A stretch of DNA of 64,000 bases, taken from contig JBJFHL010000062.1 of NCBI GenBank assembly GCA_051893555.1, forward strand, positions 34,250-98,249. Reading direction: 5' to 3'. Position numbers and translations under genes: made by a program. Position 1 is the first letter of the stretch; every line of letters starts with the position of its first letter. Shown here one piece after another: positions 56,903 through 64,000 of this stretch. The notes under the pieces are model-generated. The model was given only the letters and a program-made list of their open reading frames with translations. It was not told where the DNA came from and made no database searches. Origin of the DNA: Anaerovoracaceae bacterium (lineage in GTDB: Bacteria; Bacillota; Clostridia; Peptostreptococcales; Anaerovoracaceae).

Positions 56903-57439
56903 ATGAGAATCGTTGCAGGGGATTTCAAAGGTCGCAGGCTGGAGACCCCAGACAATTATGATATACGTCCCACATCGGAAAAAGTGAAAGAAGCGCTGTT
57001 CAGCATTATTTCCGGAAATCTGTATGACGCCGTTTGCTGTGATCTGTTCGCAGGCACAGGAAATCTGGGTCTGGAGGCCCTGTCCAGAGGCGCATCGAAA
57101 TGCTATTTCGGTGATAATTCCAGAACCAGCATCGAGTTAGTGCGCCGAAATGTGGAGCACTGCAGGGCAGAGGAATGGAGCCAGGTGATCTTCGGCGATT
57201 ATGAAAAAGTTCTGACCAAAATCCACGAACCCGTGGATATCTTTTTCCTGGACCCTCCCTATAAGAAGGGGCTTTATGAAGACTGTTTCCGGTTGATTTC
57301 CGATCTGGAACTTCTGGCGGAAGAAGGAATCATCGTGGCAGAGCACGCCAGCGAAGACGAATTTCCGGAGGAAATCGAAGGTTTCATCAAATTAAAGGAA
57401 CGGCGGTACGGCTCCATGACTATCACCATTTACGGCTGA
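56903..57439 (+). CDS. rsmD: 16S rRNA (guanine966-N2)-methyltransferase RsmD
   Basis: Motifs RPTSEKVKEALF, DLFAGTGNLGLEA and FLDPPY. An ATG at 56897 is an alternative start. Confidence 0.88.
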   Translation: MRIVAGDFKGRRLETPDNYDIRPTSEKVKEALFSIISGNLYDAVCCDLFAGTGNLGLEALSRGASKCYFGDNSRTSIELVRRNVEHCRAEEWSQVIFGDYEKVLTKIHEPVDIFFLDPPYKKGLYEDCFRLISDLELLAEEGIIVAEHASEDEFPEEIEGFIKLKERRYGSMTITIYG

Positions 57440-57536
57440 TATATTGATTCTTCCCGGAAACTGTGATAAAATGTAACCGCAGGCTTCCGAAATTTTTCGG
57501 GACTTGTGATTTTGACGGAAAGCACTGGTAGAAGCA

Positions 57537-58019
57537 ATGAACACAAAAGCCCTGTATGCCGGTTCCTTTGATCCCCTGACGCTGGGACATCTGGATATTA
57601 TCGAACGGGCAGCCAATATTTTTGATGAAGTCGTGGTTGGTGTGGTCGTGAATCTGGAAAAAAAGACCATGTTTACCTTCGAGGAACGCATGGAAATGAT
57701 TGAGGAGGCAACGGCACATCTGCCCAATGTACGGGTATCGCAGTGCCGTGGACTTCTGGCAGACTATGTGAATAACAACGGTTTTAACGTGGTGGTGCGG
57801 GGATTGCGATGCATGAGCGATTTTGACAGCGAGCAGCAGATGGCCCATCTCCACGAACATCTATATCATGATAAAATTGAAACGGTATTTCTCATGGCAG
57901 ACGCGAAGTATTCTTTTGTCAGCTCTACCATGGCCAAGCAGGTGATTTCTCTGGGAGGAGACGGAGAGATGCTGGTACCTGCCAATGTACTGAAACGAAT
58001 GAAAGGGAAAGCGTACTGA
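57537..58019 (+). CDS. coaD: phosphopantetheine adenylyltransferase
   Basis: Motif YAGSFDPLTLGHLDII and overall CoaD length. Confidence 0.93.
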   Translation: MNTKALYAGSFDPLTLGHLDIIERAANIFDEVVVGVVVNLEKKTMFTFEERMEMIEEATAHLPNVRVSQCRGLLADYVNNNGFNVVVRGLRCMSDFDSEQQMAHLHEHLYHDKIETVFLMADAKYSFVSSTMAKQVISLGGDGEMLVPANVLKRMKGKAY

Positions 58020-58021
58020 TT

Positions 58022-58579
58022 ATGGAAGACACGATGAAGGTTTTAGAACTGCTGGAAGAAATTGAAGATTTAGTAGACGAAGCACCGGGACTGCCCCTGA
58101 CGGGAAAGATCATGCTGGACGCCGAAGAAGTGTTCCAGCTTGTCAGAGAAATCCGCCTGGCCCTTCCGGACGATGTACAGCAGGCCAAGTGGATCCGGGA
58201 CGAACGTGACCGGATTCTTGCAGAAGCCAAGGCAGAGTATGAGAGAATTATCCGGGAAGCCAAGAAACAGGCGGATTATCTGGTGGAAACCGATGATATT
58301 ACGCTGCGTGCGACCAAGCTGGCAGAGCAGATCCGGCAGGATGCGGAAACGCATGCCAAGGTGCTGAAAATGCGCACTTATGATTATGTAGACAAGATGC
58401 TTTTCGATATGCAGGGAAAGATGGATGAGCTGAACATGAAGTACTTCGGTGAAATGTATTCCAACCTGGAAAAGACGTTTGCGGATATCAATGACACACT
58501 GGCAAGTAACCGGGAAGAAATGAAGATTCTGGCCTATAAGACACAGAATGAAGGCCCGGCCCAGGAAATCGAAGAATAG
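58022..58579 (+). CDS. coiled-coil protein of unknown function
   Basis: 185 aa, highly charged, heptad-like sequence (AKWIRDERDRILAEAKAEYERIIREAKKQADYL). Confidence 0.5.
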   Translation: MEDTMKVLELLEEIEDLVDEAPGLPLTGKIMLDAEEVFQLVREIRLALPDDVQQAKWIRDERDRILAEAKAEYERIIREAKKQADYLVETDDITLRATKLAEQIRQDAETHAKVLKMRTYDYVDKMLFDMQGKMDELNMKYFGEMYSNLEKTFADINDTLASNREEMKILAYKTQNEGPAQEIEE

Positions 58580-58623
58580 AATAAATGAAAGAATAAGCCC
58601 ATGAAAGAGTCATATACTTTATC

Positions 58624-59559
58624 ATGGGCTTTCATTTATTGAACAGAAACAAATTGATACTTGCACTTGTGACGGTATTTACTGCGGCGATGGTTCTGTT
58701 TCCGCAGGTGACGGAAGCAGGTTCCAAGTCGGCCATCATCATCTGGGCCAATTCCATCGTGCCGGTGCTTCTGCCTTTTTTCATTTTCTCTGACTTCATC
58801 AAACGGACCGGGAACTTGGAGAAGCTACCGCCTCGAATTTATCCTTTCGCTGTGGCCTGCCTGTCCGGCTATCCCATGGGAGCCAGAGTATCGGCGGATA
58901 TGGTGAAAACCGGTGCTTTATGTCTGGAAGACGGAAAGTGGGTGCTCAGTTACGCCATGGTAACGGGACCGGCGTTTCTCATGGGTACCATCGGCGGTTT
59001 TCTGGGGAGCACCCGGGCGGCGGCGGTGGTGACAGCAGCTCATTACGGTGCCGCATTACTGAACGGCTTTTTCTGGAAAACCAGTCCCGGAACCAATGGG
59101 AGACGAAACGGAAAGAATCATAAGCTGCCGGGAAAAAATCCGGGAAGTGCACACGGCGCCGCAGGACTTCTGGATTCCTTTACCCAGTCCATTCTGTCGG
59201 GATTTCGGGCCATGGCGCTGATCCTTGCGTATCTGATCCTCTTCATGATCGGTATGCAGCTGCTGGATGCTATGGGCTTGTTTCGCCTGATTGGCAATGA
59301 GGCGGTATGTTCTCTCCTGAAAGGTCTGCTGGAAATGACAGCAGGCTCCAGCATGGTCAGCGCCTGCAATATTTCGCTGCAGCTGAAGAGTGTGCTGATT
59401 ACAGTTCTGGTCTCCTTCGGCGGTCTGTCGGTCATCGGCCAGTCGGTGTCCATGGCAGAAGGATCCGGCATCGGAATGAAGGACATTCTGCAGCGCAAGG
59501 CAACCCATGGACTTCTGGCCGGAATTCTTGCTGTATTCCTGGCAGGGATTATGATATAA
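58624..59559 (+). CDS. ylbJ: sporulation integral membrane protein YlbJ-like (nucleoside-recognition domains)
   Basis: Polytopic membrane protein in the conserved rsmD-coaD-ylbJ-ylbM context known from Bacillus. Confidence 0.72.
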   Translation: MGFHLLNRNKLILALVTVFTAAMVLFPQVTEAGSKSAIIIWANSIVPVLLPFFIFSDFIKRTGNLEKLPPRIYPFAVACLSGYPMGARVSADMVKTGALCLEDGKWVLSYAMVTGPAFLMGTIGGFLGSTRAAAVVTAAHYGAALLNGFFWKTSPGTNGRRNGKNHKLPGKNPGSAHGAAGLLDSFTQSILSGFRAMALILAYLILFMIGMQLLDAMGLFRLIGNEAVCSLLKGLLEMTAGSSMVSACNISLQLKSVLITVLVSFGGLSVIGQSVSMAEGSGIGMKDILQRKATHGLLAGILAVFLAGIMI

Positions 59560-59596
59560 TACACATGAAAAGGTTTGGAAGAAATGAGGGAATCCA

Positions 59597-60790
59597 ATGC
59601 ATGAGATTTCAAGTGCCGGTATCGTGGCGGAGTACAATCCGTTTCATAACGGCCATCTGTGGCATATACAGGAAACCAGAAGGATCACCGGTGCGGAGGT
59701 GATTTTGGTTGTCATGAGCGGAAATTTCACCCAGCGGGGCGGCATGGCTATGGAGGATAAGTGGAGCCGGGCAGCGAGTGCTGTCAGAAACGGCGCGGAT
59801 CTGGTGGTGGAACTTCCGACAGTGTCGGCGGTCAGCAGTGCCGGCAATTTCGCACGGGCAGGAGTGAATATTCTCCAAAATCTGGGCGCGGACTTTATTT
59901 CCTTCGGCAGCGAGTCGGGTGATCTTTCTGCGCTTCTTACGATAAAGGACAAGCTGCAGGCTTCGAAAGAGGAAATGGAGCAGAGAATGCTGCCTCTGGT
60001 GAAGGAGGGCTTTTCCTGGCCGAGAGCACGTCAGCAGGTCCTGAAGGGTATTCTGAACGAAGAGGAACAGGACATGCTCCAGGGTCCCAATCATATCCTT
60101 GCCCTGGAGTATCTGAAATATATGGACAAGGCGAAACCGATTACCGTAAAACGGCAGGGAGCCGGTTACCATGATCCGCTGCCTGCAGGCAGATTTGCTT
60201 CAGCCACTGCCATTCGGCAGATGGCAGCCAGCGGACTTGATGTATCAGGCTGGGTCCCGGATGACCTGCAGGTCAGTGGGGAAACGCTGAAAAACAGAAA
60301 AGAAATGTACTTCCGCATGGTTGCCCAGAAGATTCTTACCACGCCGGCGGAGATACTGGATCTGGCGGAGGCCGGCGGGGAAGGCCTCGGAAACAAAGCA
60401 CGAAATGAAATCCGAAGATGCCAATCTATGGAGGACCTCTATGAAACATTGAAATCAAAACGATACACCAGGACGAGAATGCAAAGGTTTGCCGCCCAGA
60501 TTTTGCTGGGAATTACGAAGAAAGACGTTAACGCAGGCAGGGATTACGTCCGGGTGCTGGCCCTGAACGAGAGGGGGAGCCGATATCTGAAGGCTGTGAA
60601 AAAGGGTGGGATTTGCGGGCTTCCTGTGATCACCAATGTGAACCGGGATCTGGAAAAGGCGCCGGAAATCGAAGATCTGCTCCGAAAGGACATGCTGGCT
60701 GCAGACCTCTATAATCTGGCGTCCGGAAGAAACCTGTATGACCACTGTGATATGGTGGAAAGGGTGCGGTTTTTTAAGGAAAATACTTGA
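59597..60790 (+). CDS. tmcAL: tRNA(Met) cytidine acetate ligase TmcAL (YlbM/UPF0348)
   Basis: Nucleotidyltransferase motif [13 protein letters not shown] plus synteny with ylbJ. Confidence 0.85.
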   Translation: MHEISSAGIVAEYNPFHNGHLWHIQETRRITGAEVILVVMSGNFTQRGGMAMEDKWSRAASAVRNGADLVVELPTVSAVSSAGNFARAGVNILQNLGADFISFGSESGDLSALLTIKDKLQASKEEMEQRMLPLVKEGFSWPRARQQVLKGILNEEEQDMLQGPNHILALEYLKYMDKAKPITVKRQGAGYHDPLPAGRFASATAIRQMAASGLDVSGWVPDDLQVSGETLKNRKEMYFRMVAQKILTTPAEILDLAEAGGEGLGNKARNEIRRCQSMEDLYETLKSKRYTRTRMQRFAAQILLGITKKDVNAGRDYVRVLALNERGSRYLKAVKKGGICGLPVITNVNRDLEKAPEIEDLLRKDMLAADLYNLASGRNLYDHCDMVERVRFFKENT

Positions 60791-60864
60791 AATGTGGAAT
60801 ACAGAAGTGTATAATATTTAAGGCTAAGTTATCGTCAATTAATTTAATGGAGGATATGAAATAC

Positions 60865-62067
60865 ATGAAAGTTTTAGTAATCAATTGCGGCAGCTCTTCA
60901 TTAAAATATCAGGTTCTGGATATGACCAATGAAGTATTACTGGCAAAGGGCCTGGTGGAAAGAATCGGCATGGAAGGCTCTGTTATCACACATGAAAAGA
61001 TCGGCATGGATAAGTTCAAGCTGGTGACTCCGATGGAAGACCATAAGGACGCTATCGCGCAGGTTCTGATGGCAATTCAGGATAAGGATCACGGCGTGGT
61101 TGCTTCCATGGATGAAATCGGTGCAGTTGGTCACAGAGTTGTGCATGCAGGTGAAAAGTATGCAGATTCCGTTCTGATCACCGAAGAAGTCATCAAGGCA
61201 CTGGAAGAGTGCGTGGAACTGGCTCCGCTGCATAACCCGCCTAACCTGCTGGGTATTGCAGCCTGCAAAGAACTGATGCCGGATACACCGATGGTTGGTG
61301 TATTTGATACTGCATTCCATCAGACCATGCCGGCAGAATCCTATATCTATGCGCTGCCTTATGAATATTATACCAAGTACGGTGTAAGAAGATACGGCTT
61401 CCACGGAACATCCCACAAGTATGTTTCCCAGAGAGCCGCTGACATTCTGAACGTAAACATCAACGATCTGAAGATCATTACCTGCCACCTGGGCAACGGT
61501 GCATCCGTTTCCGCAATCAAGGGCGGCAAGTGTATCGATACTTCCATGGGCTTCACTCCGCTGGAAGGTCTGGTAATGGGTACCCGTTCCGGAGATATCG
61601 ACCCGGCTATCGTAAACTTCATCGCCAAGAAGGAAGGCCTGTCCCAGGCAGAAATGGACAATATTATGAACAAGAAGTCCGGCGTTCTGGGTATTTCCGG
61701 CGTTTCCTCCGACTTCAGAGATATCGAAGCTGCAGTGGAAGACGGCAATGAAAGAGCAGATCTGGCCCTGAGAGTCTTCGCACATAAGGTAAGATTCTAC
61801 ATCGGTGCATATATTGCTGAAATGAACGGCGTAGATGCTATCGTATTCACTGCCGGCGTAGGCGAAAATGACGCATCCATGAGAGAAATCATCTGCCACG
61901 AACTGGGCAACCTGGGCATCAAGCTGGATCCGGTGAAGAACAAGGTTAGAGGTAAGGAAACGATCATCTCCACCGATGATGCAAGAGTAAAGCTGCTTCT
62001 GATCCCGACCAACGAAGAGCTGATGATCGCAAGAGACACTCTGAACATTGTAAGCAAATTAAAATAA
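60865..62067 (+). CDS. ackA: acetate kinase
   Basis: Motifs [33 protein letters not shown] and FTAGVGEN. The 5' extension of the ORF was rejected. Confidence 0.95.
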   Translation: MKVLVINCGSSSLKYQVLDMTNEVLLAKGLVERIGMEGSVITHEKIGMDKFKLVTPMEDHKDAIAQVLMAIQDKDHGVVASMDEIGAVGHRVVHAGEKYADSVLITEEVIKALEECVELAPLHNPPNLLGIAACKELMPDTPMVGVFDTAFHQTMPAESYIYALPYEYYTKYGVRRYGFHGTSHKYVSQRAADILNVNINDLKIITCHLGNGASVSAIKGGKCIDTSMGFTPLEGLVMGTRSGDIDPAIVNFIAKKEGLSQAEMDNIMNKKSGVLGISGVSSDFRDIEAAVEDGNERADLALRVFAHKVRFYIGAYIAEMNGVDAIVFTAGVGENDASMREIICHELGNLGIKLDPVKNKVRGKETIISTDDARVKLLLIPTNEELMIARDTLNIVSKLK

Positions 62068-62070
62068 CTG

Positions 62071-62099
62071 TTGACAAATTCGGTCACCAAGTGTATAAT
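62071..62099 (+). promoter_or_regulatory. consensus sigma-A promoter upstream of rpmF
   Basis: TTGACA, 17-nt spacer, extended -10 TGTATAAT. Confidence 0.6.
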
Positions 62100-62173
62100 G
62101 AAGTGGTTGACGGTGTTGACATATTTTGTATGCAATGATATACAGAAAATGACGCACAAGGAGGTGTTAAAAT

Positions 62174-62353
62174 ATGGCAGTACCTAAGAGAAAAACTTCT
62201 AAGGCTAGAAGAGACAAGAGAAGATCCGCTAACATGAAGATGACCGCACCGGGCTTATCCATTTGCCCACAGTGTCACGAACCGAAACTTCCGCACAGAG
62301 TTTGCCCGAACTGCAACTACTATGACGGTAAGGAAGTAGTGGCTGAAGCTTAA
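62174..62353 (+). CDS. rpmF: 50S ribosomal protein L32
   Basis: Not in the ORF track because it is 59 aa. Translates to [68 protein letters not shown] upstream. Confidence 0.9.
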   Translation: MAVPKRKTSKARRDKRRSANMKMTAPGLSICPQCHEPKLPHRVCPNCNYYDGKEVVAEA

Positions 62354-62384
62354 TTTTCAGAAATAAATTAGTTGATCAACTTTT

Positions 62385-62425
62385 GAACGGCAGAATGTAC
62401 AGTCTGCCGTTCTTTGTCGTTTTTG
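62385..62425 (+). terminator. rpmF terminator
   Basis: gaacggcag-loop-ctgccgttc followed by a T-rich tract. Confidence 0.65.
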
Positions 62426-62454
62426 AACCTCAATCTGTCAGGCGTTTTTCGCTG

Positions 62455-63336
62455 TTATTCCACCAGCCCGCACTTTTTCAGGGTATCATAGAGGAGATAC
62501 TGGGTCTTATTGGTCGGCGGGCAGAGCGGAAGCCGGTATTCCATTTCGCATAGTCCCATCATGCTCAGAGCTGCTTTCAGAGGAACCGGATTGACCTCCG
62601 TGAAAATTGCGTCGATCAGCGGTTTCATCGCAATCTGTTCCGCAGCAGCGCCGGCAGTATCTCCTGACAACCAGTTGTGGATCATAGAAGAAAACCGTCC
62701 TGGTATCAGGTTAGATACCGTGGATATACAGCCTGCTCCGCCCAGAGACAGGAACGGTACGGCTAAGTCGTCGTTTCCGGCATAGATCTGAAAATCATCG
62801 CTGACGTACTGTGCCATGGCGCAGACCTGACTCATGTTTCCACTGGCTTCCTTGATCCCGGCGATACCCGGGTGCCGACTCAGGACTTCCACTGCCGATG
62901 GAGAAATATTGACACCGGTTCTGGAAGGGACAGAATAAAGAATCATGGGAATGCTTACACTGTCTGCAATTTTCTCGTAATGGGCGATCATGCCGCTTTC
63001 CGTACATTTATTGTAATATGGAGTGACCACCAGAATACCGTCGGCTCCGGCAGCTTCGATCTCTCGGGACAGATCCAGCGTAAAGCGAGTGTTGTTGCTT
63101 CCGGTACCGGCCAGTACCGGCACTCTGCCTTTGACCAGATCTGTCACAAACCGGGTCAGCTGAACTCGTTCTTTTCCGGATAAAGTCGATGCTTCTCCTG
63201 TGGTTCCACAGACCACCAGTGCGTCCACACCTTCTTTGATCTGCCATTCTACCAGCTTTCCCAGTGTCACGTAGTCAATTTTTCCGCCCCGGAAGGGAGT
63301 CACCAGTGCGGTTGCTGTACCAGTAAAAATAGCCAT
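62455..63336 (-). CDS. dapA: 4-hydroxy-tetrahydrodipicolinate synthase
   Basis: Motifs TALVTPF, GTTGE, TPYYNK and the active-site Lys context GIKEASG. ATG at 63336. Confidence 0.93.
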   Translation of the reverse strand: MAIFTGTATALVTPFRGGKIDYVTLGKLVEWQIKEGVDALVVCGTTGEASTLSGKERVQLTRFVTDLVKGRVPVLAGTGSNNTRFTLDLSREIEAAGADGILVVTPYYNKCTESGMIAHYEKIADSVSIPMILYSVPSRTGVNISPSAVEVLSRHPGIAGIKEASGNMSQVCAMAQYVSDDFQIYAGNDDLAVPFLSLGGAGCISTVSNLIPGRFSSMIHNWLSGDTAGAAAEQIAMKPLIDAIFTEVNPVPLKAALSMMGLCEMEYRLPLCPPTNKTQYLLYDTLKKCGLVE

Positions 63337-63382
63337 CGTTTCACCACCTTTCAAATTATTATATTCCGATGAATGGATTTTG

Positions 63383-63411
63383 TTGAAAAACCAATGGAAA
63401 AGTGGTACAAT
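63383..63411 (+). promoter_or_regulatory. putative asd promoter
   Basis: TTGAAA, 17-nt spacer, TACAAT. Confidence 0.45.
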
Positions 63412-63459
63412 AAATTGTTAAAGATACGAAGAATAAGAACGAGAGGAGCTTGAAAAGAG

Positions 63460-64000
63460 ATGTCAGAGAAATTAAGAGTAGGAATTCTGGGCGGAACCGG
63501 TATGGTCGGTCAGAGATTCATTTCATTGCTTGCGGATCACCCATGGTTTGAGGTCGTGACCATTGCGGCCAGTGCCAGAAGCGAAGGGCAGACCTATGAG
63601 GAAGCGGTTGCAGGCAGATGGAAAATGGATACACCGATTCCGGAAGCGGTAAAAGGCATCCGTGTTATGAATGTCAACGATGTGGAGAAGGTTGCCGCAA
63701 CCGTTGACTTCGTTTTCAGCGCCGTAGATATGACAAAAGAAGAAATCAAAGCCATCGAAGAAGCTTATGCGAAGACGGAGACTCCGGTGGTATCCAATAA
63801 CAGTGCACATCGCTGGACACCGGATGTACCGATGGTGATTCCTGAAATCAATCCGGAGCATTTCCAGGTCATCGAAGCACAGAAGAAGCGTCTGGGCACT
63901 ACCCGTGGCTTTATCGCTGTAAAGCCGAACTGTTCCATCCAGAGCTATGTGCCTGCACTGAACGCCTGGAAGGAATTCGAACCGTATGAGTGCGTAATCA
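63460..64000 (+). CDS. asd: aspartate-semialdehyde dehydrogenase (5' part, runs off the window)
   Basis: Manual translation gives MSEKLRVGILGGTGMVGQRF... with the active-site context KPNCSIQ. There is no stop before the window end. Confidence 0.9.
   Translation, partial: MSEKLRVGILGGTGMVGQRFISLLADHPWFEVVTIAASARSEGQTYEEAVAGRWKMDTPIPEAVKGIRVMNVNDVEKVAATVDFVFSAVDMTKEEIKAIEEAYAKTETPVVSNNSAHRWTPDVPMVIPEINPEHFQVIEAQKKRLGTTRGFIAVKPNCSIQSYVPALNAWKEFEPYECVI

Noticed and set aside
60937-61899. 320-aa ORF antisense to ackA
   Set aside because: The ackA motifs on the plus strand are unambiguous. The antisense product has no motifs.

Overview
This 64-kb window looks like chromosome from an anaerobic, spore-forming Firmicute of the class Clostridia. 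The supporting genes are an [FeFe] hydrogenase, nrdDG, rubrerythrin, an alpha/beta-type SASP and ylbJ. GC content is roughly 50% by eye and was not computed.

Most of the window is syntenic housekeeping:
- rsmB-stp-prkC-rsgA-rpe
- a class A PBP, comEC-holA, and a two-gene [FeFe] hydrogenase module
- recN-argR, and ruvCAB-queA-(M20 dipeptidase)-tgt-rlmD
- an FMN-riboswitch-controlled ribD-ribE-ribBA-ribH operon with a HAD gene directly downstream
- rubrerythrin, nrdDG, rpmB, asp23-recG
- rsmD-coaD-ylbJ-tmcAL-ackA-rpmF, and divergent dapA/asd

Two segments look accessory.

1. About 26.2-33.2 kb is a co-directional five-gene block. It holds an HTH-fused M.FokI-like tandem Dam-type methyltransferase and an AlwI/BstNBI-family Type IIS endonuclease. 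A tightly coupled Cys-rich protein of unknown function follows. After a structured leader come two overlapping paralogous genes of unknown function that resemble DUF5688. The R-M part is visibly AT-rich. This block is my best candidate for an undescribed, defence-related system. The R-M pair itself is a known system type.

2. About 46.9-56.5 kb is a variable region of small genes with several decayed ones. These are a frameshifted MerR/TipAS regulator, an internally deleted GrpB gene, a Fic/Doc remnant, and a 13-bp tandem duplication that truncates an ORF.

I saw no rRNA, tRNA, CRISPR array, integrase or transposase. All family assignments rest on motif recognition from memory. None was checked by a database search.
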